64,000 nucleotides of DNA, from assembly GCA_963727825.1 (NCBI GenBank), contig CAVSHO010000001.1, positions 128,001 through 192,000 of the forward strand, in the 5' to 3' direction. A program made the translations under genes and the position numbers. The DNA comes from Ignavibacteriota bacterium. Its GTDB lineage: Bacteria; Bacteroidota; Ignavibacteria; UBA10030. The notes beneath the pieces are model-generated. The model was not told the origin of the DNA and did no database searches. It saw only the letters and a list, made by a program, of their open reading frames with translations. Shown here one piece after another: positions 50,416 through 59,328 of this stretch; positions within the stretch are counted from its first letter, which is position 1, and each line of letters begins with the position of its first letter.

Positions 50416-53198
50416 GCGAACGCATCGTCCTCAGTTCAACAGATCATCTTATTGAAACTGTTGCTTCTCATCTGGAAGCGCAAGGAAGAGATTTCTCAAC
50501 TACCGCAATTGTTTTCCCAGGAAAACGCCCTGCGCATTTCTTGCGTAAAGAGCTTGCTCATCGTGCTGGCGGCAGTATTATTCCCCCAAAATTATTTTCT
50601 GTGGATGAATTTATTATTTCGCTTTATGAGCAACTTCATCCGGAGCCCGTACACGATCTGGAATCGATTGATGCTGTCGCATTGCTTTACCTCGTACATA
50701 ACGAATTAAAAGAACGGTTAGGCGGCAACTACTTTGCATCACTTGATGCATTCATTCCAATTGGATTGAAGTTGTTTGGTGAACTGGAAGAACTCAAGCT
50801 GGCTCATCTTCCCGAAAGAAAAATAAAAGAAGTAATATCAGCACTTACATACAACCGGCTATTCTCGCTTGTTGATTATTATACAAAGTTCTACATGCTT
50901 GTTGCAGAAAAAGGTTTTACGACGCGTGCTGTCCGTTACGCAGAAGTTGCCGAAAATATCGATGAATTGGATCTCAGTGGCTTCACCCAGATTATTGTGG
51001 CAGGATTATTCAAGCTGACTCACGCCGAACAAATCATTTTTAATGATTTAGAAAAACGTTCAAACACGCTGTTTGTGTTTCAAGCGGATAAAATTGAAGA
51101 AGGAACGCCAGAACCAGAAATTCACTTCTATAAAGCATCCGATACGCACGGACAGGTCTTTGCACTTTCGGCTCTTATCAAGAAACAATTAGATAATGGC
51201 TCACAACTCGATGAACGCTCGGTGATTGTTCTGCCGACTGCCGATGCGCTCTTTCCTGTGGTACACCAAACACTTTCGCTTATGCCGCAGGAACAATATA
51301 ATATTGCGCTTGAATATCCGATGGCGCGCACACCGATTTACGGTTTTCTTAATAACCTAATGAAATTGTTATGCACGAAGCAAGGAGAACGGTACTCAGC
51401 AGCACACTATATAAAATTTATTTTGCATCCATACACTAAAAACATTCGCTTTGGAAATCGAACTGATATCACACGCATACTTTTTCATGCTATAGAATCG
51501 GAGCTGACGAAAGATAAATCTAAAATTCTGTTGACGTTAGAAGAGATAGAGCAGTCGGATGAAATCTTTACGAATATCTCATTAGCAATTTCAGATTCTG
51601 ACATTAAAGTTACATCGGAGCAAATGAGAGAACATCTTCTTGTTATACATTCAAGCACTATCCATATTCTTGAAAATATTGTCTCAGTTAAAGAATTCGC
51701 ACACAATATCATAAAAGTTCTTACTTACATTTACGATCAAAGCACCGCTTGTCTACACCCGCTGTTTCGTCCTTATGCAGAAGCATTGTTAAAAGTGTTT
51801 CTGCACTTAGAAGAGTCGTTTGTTGGAAGTGCATCGTTTCGCGATACCTCTGGGTACTTCAATTTCCTTCAGCAGTATGTAGCCCTTCAAGATGTTCCGT
51901 TCCCCGGCACACCGCTTCGTGGTTTGCAAGTGCTCGGTTTATTAGAAACGCGTAGTCTGCACTTCGATGATGTATATTTTTTAAATGTGAATGACAACGT
52001 AGTACCCGGCGGCATCGGCGGCGACATGCTTTTGCCGCAGCAACTGCGTGAAAAATTAGGATTGGAGACTAGGCGCGATCGGGATAAATTAAGCGAGTAT
52101 TATTTTTATCTGCTTGTGCGCGGAGCAAAACGGGTACATCTATTTTATTCGGAATCAGGGGAGAGTGATAAGAGCCGATTCGTTGAGCAATTGCTGTGGG
52201 AACGCCAGAAACGGGATGGTTCGAACTCATCCGACAATTACATTCAGACAGTGCGTTATCAAGTGAAACTTGCCAATGAAGCAGTTCGGCCAATTCCAAA
52301 ATCGACTGATGTGCTCGCAATGATGCATGGATTTACGTACAGCTCAAGCTCGTTAGATACGTATCTGCAATGTCCGATTAAATTCTATTACAGACACATT
52401 TTGCACATACAAGAAAAAGAAGAAGCATCGACCGACCTCGATAATCAGGATATCGGTATCTTTGTCCACGAGGTTCTAAAAAAATTCTTTGAACCATGTA
52501 TAGGAAGGAGATTAGAAACACACGATCTATTGCCTGAGCGCATGAGACAAATAGTAGATGACTTGTTCACATTGAAATTCGGAACGGATCCGGCAGGAGC
52601 GGCATATTTGCTGAAACGTCAAATTCAACGGCAATTAGAATCACTTCTCAAAGATTACCAACAGCCGGTGTCAGAGGAAAATGAAATTATTCTTAAGGGA
52701 CTTGAAGAAAAGATTTCCGTCCATACATTAGGAGCAAAGTTTGAAGGGCGCCTTGACCGTATTGAACAACGCGGCAATAAGATTTTCATTCTCGATTATA
52801 AAACTGGACCAAAACCAAGTAAGCCGCCGATTAATTTCGGCAAACTCAATCTTAATGAACGGGAAAGCTGGAGTGAAGCAGTTATGTCTTTGCAGCTGCC
52901 GATGTATCTATTGTTGTTTAGTATTTATACAAAAACTGCGATAGAAGAAATCGTTCCTGCGTACCTCTATCTTGGTAAGAACCGGCTCAGCAAGGAATGT
53001 GAAGAGGCTTTTATGGAGGGCACAGAAGAACGGGCGGCTGGTTTTGAGCAAATCAAACAGTTCATCGAGCTTTTACTGAAAGAGATAAACGACAGTGATA
53101 TTCCTTTCTTGCCGCCTGTCGATCTCAGCAAGACTTGTCCGCGTTGCCCTTATACCGGATTTTGCGGCACAGCATGGGTGCAGGGTTGGAAGGTATAA
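50412..53198 (+). CDS. addB: AddB-like PD-(D/E)XK nuclease
   Basis: ATGA overlap with addA; GLLETR, YLQCP, GRLDR..LDYKTG, LQL..Y and CPRCPYTGFC (Fe-S) motifs. Confidence 0.85.
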   Translation: MSERIVLSSTDHLIETVASHLEAQGRDFSTTAIVFPGKRPAHFLRKELAHRAGGSIIPPKLFSVDEFIISLYEQLHPEPVHDLESIDAVALLYLVHNELKERLGGNYFASLDAFIPIGLKLFGELEELKLAHLPERKIKEVISALTYNRLFSLVDYYTKFYMLVAEKGFTTRAVRYAEVAENIDELDLSGFTQIIVAGLFKLTHAEQIIFNDLEKRSNTLFVFQADKIEEGTPEPEIHFYKASDTHGQVFALSALIKKQLDNGSQLDERSVIVLPTADALFPVVHQTLSLMPQEQYNIALEYPMARTPIYGFLNNLMKLLCTKQGERYSAAHYIKFILHPYTKNIRFGNRTDITRILFHAIESELTKDKSKILLTLEEIEQSDEIFTNISLAISDSDIKVTSEQMREHLLVIHSSTIHILENIVSVKEFAHNIIKVLTYIYDQSTACLHPLFRPYAEALLKVFLHLEESFVGSASFRDTSGYFNFLQQYVALQDVPFPGTPLRGLQVLGLLETRSLHFDDVYFLNVNDNVVPGGIGGDMLLPQQLREKLGLETRRDRDKLSEYYFYLLVRGAKRVHLFYSESGESDKSRFVEQLLWERQKRDGSNSSDNYIQTVRYQVKLANEAVRPIPKSTDVLAMMHGFTYSSSSLDTYLQCPIKFYYRHILHIQEKEEASTDLDNQDIGIFVHEVLKKFFEPCIGRRLETHDLLPERMRQIVDDLFTLKFGTDPAGAAYLLKRQIQRQLESLLKDYQQPVSEENEIILKGLEEKISVHTLGAKFEGRLDRIEQRGNKIFILDYKTGPKPSKPPINFGKLNLNERESWSEAVMSLQLPMYLLLFSIYTKTAIEEIVPAYLYLGKNRLSKECEEAFMEGTEERAAGFEQIKQFIELLLKEINDSDIPFLPPVDLSKTCPRCPYTGFCGTAWVQGWKV

Positions 53199-53406
53199 GT
53201 AGAGAATAAAAAAACCTGATTGCGTAACTTTGCACAAATGCCATATCTTGAAATAGGAACAAAATACCAGCATAAAACGTTTGTACTATTAAAAGCAACA
53301 ATTATTAGCAGGTAAGATAAATATTTATAAGATATTTCAGTGTATTCCATTAAACTCATAGAGATGATGATGCATCTAATTAATAGACAATAGACTTGGA
53401 GGTAAT

Positions 53407-53859
53407 ATGAAACACAAATTAATTATACTCGCCTTCATTGTGGCAAGTGTTGGCTTTGCCGGATGTGCTGCTGAGCAATATACACAAATGCATAAAGAAC
53501 ATTCAATGAAGATAGATACGCTTCGGGCGATGAAAATGGAAGATGTGATCGCTTTATCGAAAGCCGGAGTGAGTGACAGTCTCATCATTGGAATGATGGA
53601 TGCAACAGATTCGTGGTTCCAATTAAAGACACAGGATGTTATTAATCTCAGAAACGCCGGTGTGAGTGAGAAAGTGATCGCGGCAATGATGCAGCCGCCA
53701 CCGCAGCCATCTGGCAAAACAGGCGATTCGAATGCGGTACGATATTATGCCTATCCTTCGCTTTTCTGGTATGATGGATTTTATCCGTATTGGTATTATC
53801 CTGCATTTGGATATCGTTCGTATCATCCTATGTATTTCCATAGTAGGCGATTCCATTGA
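53407..53859 (+). CDS. Hypothetical lipoprotein
   Basis: GGAGG RBS; lipobox FAGC; duplicated DVI.L..AGVS motif; Tyr/Pro-rich tail. Confidence 0.75.
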   Translation: MKHKLIILAFIVASVGFAGCAAEQYTQMHKEHSMKIDTLRAMKMEDVIALSKAGVSDSLIIGMMDATDSWFQLKTQDVINLRNAGVSEKVIAAMMQPPPQPSGKTGDSNAVRYYAYPSLFWYDGFYPYWYYPAFGYRSYHPMYFHSRRFH

Positions 53860-54070
53860 GCCATAGCTGAATGAATGTGAGAATTATAGAACCAATCGGT
53901 TGATGTGTATAATAGGGAATGAGTCGAGATTTGCGGTGCTCCACTCATTTTGGCCGCATTCACAGAGATCGAGAAATGAAATAAACAGAAATGAATTCAT
54001 AGATAATGTTATTTGATTCTATGCTTCATTTGTAATGATATTCACGTTCCGGCGCAAATTCTTTCTATCG

Positions 54071-54691
54071 CTAAACTGTCCAAATTCTCAGAAGAGCCGC
54101 CGCGATCTGACACACGCCAAGCATCGCAAGTATTATTGCTGATATAAGAATAAGTGCGCGCCTGCCGCTTGATCCCAGAAAGCGTGTTGTTCCGAAAAGG
54201 AAAATAGTACACGCCAAAACAGTGACCATCGTTGTGTAAAAGGCGATGATGAGCACAACAGCACTCGTAGAATTTTGGTGCCATGCTGCCAAGACAGCGG
54301 GTCCTAAAACCAAACTCCAGCCGAGATAAGGATTGGGGTTAAGCATATTTATTGTTGTCGCTTGCATAAGAGTACGTGGCGCCGAGTTGTTTGTATTAGA
54401 CTCTGTTTTGGTTTGTTGTTTCCATTGCTTATAACTTGCCCATGCTAAATATGCTAGAAAAATACCGCCTCCTGCTTGTAGAATCCTGCTCATTGTTTCT
54501 GGGATGCGATTGAGTACAAATAGAGTAAGAATTGCGATAGGCCCGTCACTAAGAAGTGGGGCGAAAGAGGCAGGCAATGTGCGTCGCCAGCCTTTCTGCA
54601 CAACACTGGATAAAAGAAATGCTTGCAAAGGACCGGGCTGAATAGCTGCAGCGAAAGCGAACCCACATCCGATGAGAAAATATTCGAGCAT
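54071..54691 (-). CDS. LysE-family translocator
   Basis: PGP motif, SDGP and LNPNPY motifs; about 6 TMs. Confidence 0.88.
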   Translation of the reverse strand: MLEYFLIGCGFAFAAAIQPGPLQAFLLSSVVQKGWRRTLPASFAPLLSDGPIAILTLFVLNRIPETMSRILQAGGGIFLAYLAWASYKQWKQQTKTESNTNNSAPRTLMQATTINMLNPNPYLGWSLVLGPAVLAAWHQNSTSAVVLIIAFYTTMVTVLACTIFLFGTTRFLGSSGRRALILISAIILAMLGVCQIAAALLRIWTV

Positions 54692-54822
54692 TTTTTCAGT
54701 CCTTCTTGTTAGGATTCATGTCGAGCGGAAAAATCGGGCGAAGAGCAACGAATTAGCTAACGTAATTTTTTTTTAATCATAAAAAAAATATCATACAACG
54801 ATTGATCTTACTATATGGGCCT

Positions 54823-55020
54823 TCACATTTTAAGGAATTCAAGTAATTTATACATTAAAATAGCCGGCCATACCAACGCTTTGATAAAGCCCAATACACC
54901 GTCCCAGAAGGAGGCTGAGTGTTGTATAAAGTAAACGGCTGCCCCAATAAACGCCAAACCGTAAACACTGCTAAAAGTTATATTGTTATTCGCTGCCCTT
55001 TTATTATCATAATCTTGCAT
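54823..55020 (-). CDS. Small membrane protein
   Basis: GGAG RBS; YGLAFIGAAVYFIQH..FW.GVLG..KALVWPA. Confidence 0.7.
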   Translation of the reverse strand: MQDYDNKRAANNNITFSSVYGLAFIGAAVYFIQHSASFWDGVLGFIKALVWPAILMYKLLEFLKM

Positions 55021-55296
55021 GGTTATCTCCTATAGTCGATATTGGATTATGTTACGTTTGCCAGTGGAAAAATTGCGGGTTATGCCATCACCATTTATAA
55101 ATAATTACCAAGAATTTTTCTACAAGGAATCTTTTTCTTTCATCGACAAAGGTCTATCATTTGCCATGGTTTCAGCTTTGGCAATTCTATTTTCTCATTC
55201 ACTGTTTTTCTTTACTTGAGCTTTTTGTTTACGAGTTAGTTATGAAGGTGTTTTCTGTTTCGTGCTTGAAGAATCAATCTGAATACTTTCCTACTA

Positions 55297-55785
55297 TTAA
55301 TCGAACTCCTTACGAGGCTTGGATTGCTCCAACCCAACTTTGCCGATAATGATATCAGCTTTGAAATAATTTTCACCTCTTATAGGCGCGCCTGATAAAC
55401 GTCTCAGCATAGCAAGTTGGCCAACATGCGTGAAAGCATCCGCAATCGGCCCCTGGAACAACTTATCTAATGGGCATGCGATTGGGGAATTGCTTGCCAA
55501 GTATGTATCGAACTTCTGCAAAGAATCGCAGAAACGGGCAACCTCACGATTCCAATCCTGAGGGTGGGAGTCAAGCCAAATCTCCTCTCCTTTTAACATT
55601 GAAAGCGCCCAATCAAAAAGATCGCCCATATGGGCAAGGATTTCAACTGGTGCCCGGGATTTTGTATCCACACGAAAAGTTGCGAAGGTATCGGGAACGT
55701 CACGAATCGTTTTCGTTGCTCGATAAGCCAAGCTGGCAGCAATATGCCGAAACATTTCGCGATTGTGTTCAGATTTCATTGTCAA
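55297..55785 (-). CDS. DinB/YfiT-like protein
   Basis: EILAHMGD and DAFTHVGQLAMLRR motifs. Confidence 0.75.
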   Translation of the reverse strand: MTMKSEHNREMFRHIAASLAYRATKTIRDVPDTFATFRVDTKSRAPVEILAHMGDLFDWALSMLKGEEIWLDSHPQDWNREVARFCDSLQKFDTYLASNSPIACPLDKLFQGPIADAFTHVGQLAMLRRLSGAPIRGENYFKADIIIGKVGLEQSKPRKEFD

Positions 55786-55817
55786 ACTATCCTCATGAGT
55801 CTATATAATGCAATCGC

Positions 55818-56432
55818 CTAACGCTGTTTTTGTTCTTCATGTATTGGGTGATCAGCAAACGCCAGTTTTGATGTCACGACGATCCGTTCCTGTTCGATGA
55901 CAAGGTTTTGGGCAACAGGCTTGATAAAAATCGTTTTCTTGCTTCCGTCCGGAAGCGCAACGTCGACACTTGCTTGCATCGGTTGCGGGCCCGCGAATTC
56001 GAATTCCGGCTTATAGAACCTCGCAGCATCGATGTCTGTGATATGGATTTTCTTTCCGAAAATTTTAATGTACACTTCAAAGGTAGCATGTAGAACTTTG
56101 ATCGAGATTCTGTTCGATTCCGGGTGAAAAAGGACATCTACATTCCCGGACGCTTCTGAACCATAGGATAACGGTCCGGCGTGGATGTCTGCATCTGCAA
56201 TGAATCGCGCCTGATTCGGACGCAATTCGATTCGGGCATTGCGGAGAGTCCAAGTGTAATCTCCATGCATTCCGAGTACATTATATTGATCTTTGCCACT
56301 AATGGGACCAATGGCATTAAAGAAACCGTTCAGTGTATTCTGGTGAATGATCACTGTTGCATCGGGAGGTGGTACAGGATTTCCTGTCTGAAAACAGATC
56401 AGTGTTGTAAGAATGAAAAGAGATGTTATCAT
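55818..56432 (-). CDS. Hypothetical exported protein
   Basis: AGGA RBS, N-terminal hydrophobic stretch, beta-rich 204-aa ORF. Confidence 0.65.
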   Translation of the reverse strand: MITSLFILTTLICFQTGNPVPPPDATVIIHQNTLNGFFNAIGPISGKDQYNVLGMHGDYTWTLRNARIELRPNQARFIADADIHAGPLSYGSEASGNVDVLFHPESNRISIKVLHATFEVYIKIFGKKIHITDIDAARFYKPEFEFAGPQPMQASVDVALPDGSKKTIFIKPVAQNLVIEQERIVVTSKLAFADHPIHEEQKQR

Positions 56433-56562
56433 TGTAATTCCTTTAAGATTGTACTTTTAGATTTAACAAATTGATTGCATATCTATTTCCTTGTGAGCTT
56501 CACCCGTGTAAAGGTTTGCAGTATTCCATCTTAGGCATGAGAGCCGCCAGTAAGGCAGTTCT

Positions 56563-56784
56563 TCATTCCATTATTTGTCTTAGTTTTTTCTGAAATCTTA
56601 TTTTATCAAAACCCTCTGTAAGCGTTGTTACTCCCAACATTAATAAAATTGGGTGAATGATATTGTCTCTTGAAAATAGAAATGCAGCTATGAAAGTCAA
56701 GAGGCCGAGGACTTGCAAATATATTGTTTCTTTCTTTGAAGGCATAAGTTTTTCAAGTTCCTCAATTTTTATTTCAGTTTTCAT
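56563..56784 (-). CDS. Small 2-TM hypothetical protein
   Basis: GGGGG upstream of ATG 56784; two hydrophobic segments. Confidence 0.55.
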   Translation of the reverse strand: MKTEIKIEELEKLMPSKKETIYLQVLGLLTFIAAFLFSRDNIIHPILLMLGVTTLTEGFDKIRFQKKLRQIME

Positions 56785-56898
56785 ATAACCCCCAGCGTTT
56801 AATTTAGACACTAAATTAATTTTAGTGATTGACTACATATCAGAATTATAATCTTCATTGTTTTCCTTTGCCGCCAATTGTTAACAGGGAAGGGAATT

Positions 56899-57267
56899 TC
56901 AAAACAGCAGCCATTTCCTGGCTTCATCAAAAGTACGAAATACTTTTGGTTCAAATCCCACCTCTTCTGAAAAAACGGAACCCATACGCATCAGACCATA
57001 CGGCAAATCTTTTGGAGCAACCAAAGCAATACGATTATTGAAACGTTTAGCCAGAGGTGCAAGAGAGTGTGCCATGGTTATGACATCTTCCCGAGACCTA
57101 TTATAAATACTTCGAGAATCACTCAGATTAATCAATATGAAAGGGTTGGCCGGACACATAGAATCAGCAAGCGAGTTAAGAATAATAGTGCGAATATCGT
57201 CCATTGAATATTCACCAGCCAATTCTACGACAACAATATTAGAATCGAATCGATATGCCACCGGCAT
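56899..57267 (-). CDS. STAS/SEC14 (SpoIIAA-like) domain protein
   Basis: RIALVAP..YGLMRM..VFRTFDEARKWL; AGGAGG RBS. Confidence 0.75.
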   Translation of the reverse strand: MPVAYRFDSNIVVVELAGEYSMDDIRTIILNSLADSMCPANPFILINLSDSRSIYNRSREDVITMAHSLAPLAKRFNNRIALVAPKDLPYGLMRMGSVFSEEVGFEPKVFRTFDEARKWLLF

Positions 57268-57310
57268 TCTGTTACCCCTCCTTTCTTATAATTACATATA
57301 ATCTTTTACT

Positions 57311-57363
57311 GCCTAATGGGTAATTTACTCGCCATCTTTTAGGCAGAAACGCCTCGGTTAGGC
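57311..57363 (-). other. Degenerate attC-like site
   Basis: Minus strand GCCTAAC 10 nt after the stop of 57374-57808, ending ATTAGGC; internal L boxes not recognisable. Confidence 0.45.
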
Positions 57364-57373
57364 GCTTTACTAT

Positions 57374-57808
57374 TTAATTCTGCATTACTTTAATTTTTTC
57401 AGCAGTGGATTTTAGAGTTGATATTGTATATTGTTCCTCACATTTTTTCCATTCTTCGTTGCCTGCAAATGCCATAACTCCAAACAATGGTAGGACGGTA
57501 CAAATAATCAATAAACCTATAGCAACTTTTATAGAAAGAATTAAAAGTAATAAAGTTGAAACAATTCCACCCCGCAAAAGTACATAATCGAATAGAATAA
57601 ATCTTGTTTTCCCTTGAACGCGAATCTTCTCCCAATTCAATAATCGCCTCTTATGAGCCAGTATCTCTGAATAGAAGATTAAAGCAATTATAATAAATCC
57701 GATTAGATTAAATCTAAAATTAGAAAAGCTAAATCCTTGTTTCCAATATATGATTGAAATGAATATTAGCGCAATAATAATTTGAATAATTAACGATTTC
57801 CTTTTCAT
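57374..57808 (-). CDS. Hypothetical membrane protein (eroded gene cassette)
   Basis: About 4 TMs, AT-rich; ends flanked by 14/17 complementary sequences containing an integron-like core. Confidence 0.65.
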   Translation of the reverse strand: MKRKSLIIQIIIALIFISIIYWKQGFSFSNFRFNLIGFIIIALIFYSEILAHKRRLLNWEKIRVQGKTRFILFDYVLLRGGIVSTLLLLILSIKVAIGLLIICTVLPLFGVMAFAGNEEWKKCEEQYTISTLKSTAEKIKVMQN

Positions 57809-57869
57809 AGTAGAGCGCCTGGCTATGCCAACCACCAACAAGATAATACAAACACAACGCCAAAATTAC

Positions 57870-58145
57870 TTAATGAGAATTATTATGAGAACTATCCTTT
57901 AGCCGCAGAAGAGGTCTGTCCGGAACAAAAAGTTTAAGAGTATCAGATTTGTTCGGGCTTATTTCTTTCTTAATAGATTTATGCTCTTTAAGCATCTGTT
58001 TAGGTGTTTGTTTCTTCAATTTATTTTTCTGAACACCGGTAGTATCTGAAGATGCTGGTGCGGACTTATTTTCCTGTGTGGCCTTTGCCGTTAGAATATA
58101 GAATGTGAAACCTAAAGCTAGAGTGATTATCAAAAGTTTTTTCAT
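57870..58145 (-). CDS. Small secreted Lys-rich hypothetical protein
   Basis: GGAG RBS; MKKLLI signal peptide. Confidence 0.6.
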   Translation of the reverse strand: MKKLLIITLALGFTFYILTAKATQENKSAPASSDTTGVQKNKLKKQTPKQMLKEHKSIKKEISPNKSDTLKLFVPDRPLLRLKDSSHNNSH

Positions 58146-58168
58146 AAATATTCTCCAGAATGGTAGTT

Positions 58169-58326
58169 ACCTAACGGATGGCAACTAAGCTGCGGCAACG
58201 ATAACCCGCAAGTTGCTGATAACGAAACAAGTTCATGCTGAAAAGTTTATTATTAAACATCTGAACCTCTACGCGCCATGCTTAACGTACCACGCTCATA
58301 CCGTCAGCTTGAGTTGCTGGTTAGGC
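58169..58326 (-). mobile_element. Integron attC site
   Basis: Minus strand R'' GCCTAAC-CA-GCAACT-C-AAGCTG-A-CGG ... CCG-CAGCTT-AGTTGC-CATCC-GTTAGGT R', with two unpaired bases at canonical positions. Confidence 0.88.
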
Positions 58327-59087
58327 AGCAAAATATTTGGTTTACGATAAATTCTTTTATTGTGATAATCTATATAATCTTGACAAATGGGAATCGCATC
58401 AATAGCGACATTGATTTTTCTTGGTTCAATCTGGATAGCACCGTAATCTAACTTTGCATGACAATTAGGACAAACACAGAGAATATTATCTCGTGAATCA
58501 GGTCCATTATGAGGAGTACCAAGCGGTTTGATATGATGAGATTCAGCGTATAATTGTCCATTATCGAACTCAACACGAAAACCACATACTTGGCAGCGAC
58601 ATTTATATAATTCCTTTATTTCTATAGAAAGTTTTGTATCACGAATAATTCTTCTGACCGTTATTGTTTCTCTACCTGGTTCATCTGGAGGAACCTCAAT
58701 ATCGCTAGCCTCTGAAATCTCTTCTGGTTCTGCAAATGTGAAGTTAGTATTGGCAGTTTGCGCATCATTAAAAGATCTCAAAGAAACGAATCGTTGAGAA
58801 CCATCTTTATATATATCAACAAATATTACATCGCCCACCTTGAGTGATTTGACAGGATTTATATATGGCGTATCAAAAAGAAGTTGATAATATGGCGACC
58901 AGCTAGACACAGAAGAATAGATGTGACCTATTGCCTTAGCACCATCAGGACAGATAATTGTCACATCCTGCCGCTCCTTAACGAATCCCTCCTTCTCCAT
59001 ACTTGGAAAATAACGCTTTGGGATTGTTATTGGATGCGTATGATAGTTAACAAAAGCCTCACCGATATTAAAAATAAATGTGATCAT
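58296..59087 (-). CDS. HNH endonuclease (McrA-like C-terminus) gene cassette
   Basis: CQVCG, ESHHIKPL, GPD..NILCVCPNCH motifs; the stop lies inside the attC (LPNQQLKLT). Confidence 0.9.
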   Translation of the reverse strand: MITFIFNIGEAFVNYHTHPITIPKRYFPSMEKEGFVKERQDVTIICPDGAKAIGHIYSSVSSWSPYYQLLFDTPYINPVKSLKVGDVIFVDIYKDGSQRFVSLRSFNDAQTANTNFTFAEPEEISEASDIEVPPDEPGRETITVRRIIRDTKLSIEIKELYKCRCQVCGFRVEFDNGQLYAESHHIKPLGTPHNGPDSRDNILCVCPNCHAKLDYGAIQIEPRKINVAIDAIPICQDYIDYHNKRIYRKPNILLPNQQLKLTV

Positions 59088-59108
59088 ACTTGTTTAAATG
59101 AAGTTATT

Positions 59109-59140
59109 ATATTTTGCTGCCTAACTAATGATTAGATAGA
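59109..59140 (-). other. Cassette insertion site (attI-like or secondary attG-type core)
   Basis: Minus strand TCTATCTAATCATTA-GTTAGGC; 59109-59125 is the exact reverse complement of 58320-58336; no attC arm upstream. Confidence 0.6.
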
Positions 59141-59328
59141 GTAGCTTTATAATTCTTGCATATAGTCAAAAATTATAGACAAAAAGTGAAGCAGTCTTTT
59201 TCCCCGTTCTACTTTTTAAAATGTTGTTGTTCTGTATTAACTCCCGCACCTCATAATTCAAATACTCGGCATTAATCTACTGCACTCAATGCACTTTGTC
59301 AATAAATATAAGAATCCCAAAATTTCTA

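Noticed and set aside
47326-53198. Helicase-nuclease pair as a novel defence system
   Set aside because: Domain order and motifs fit ordinary AddAB recombination-repair genes.
54700-54770. GTTAGGA/GCTAAC pair upstream of lysE as an attC
   Set aside because: The boxes are in the wrong order relative to the gene and no L-box pairing is evident.
59141-59328. Integron integrase or remnant next to the attI-like site
   Set aside because: AT-rich non-coding DNA with no tyrosine-recombinase motifs; the adjacent gene is a glycosidase-like ORF.
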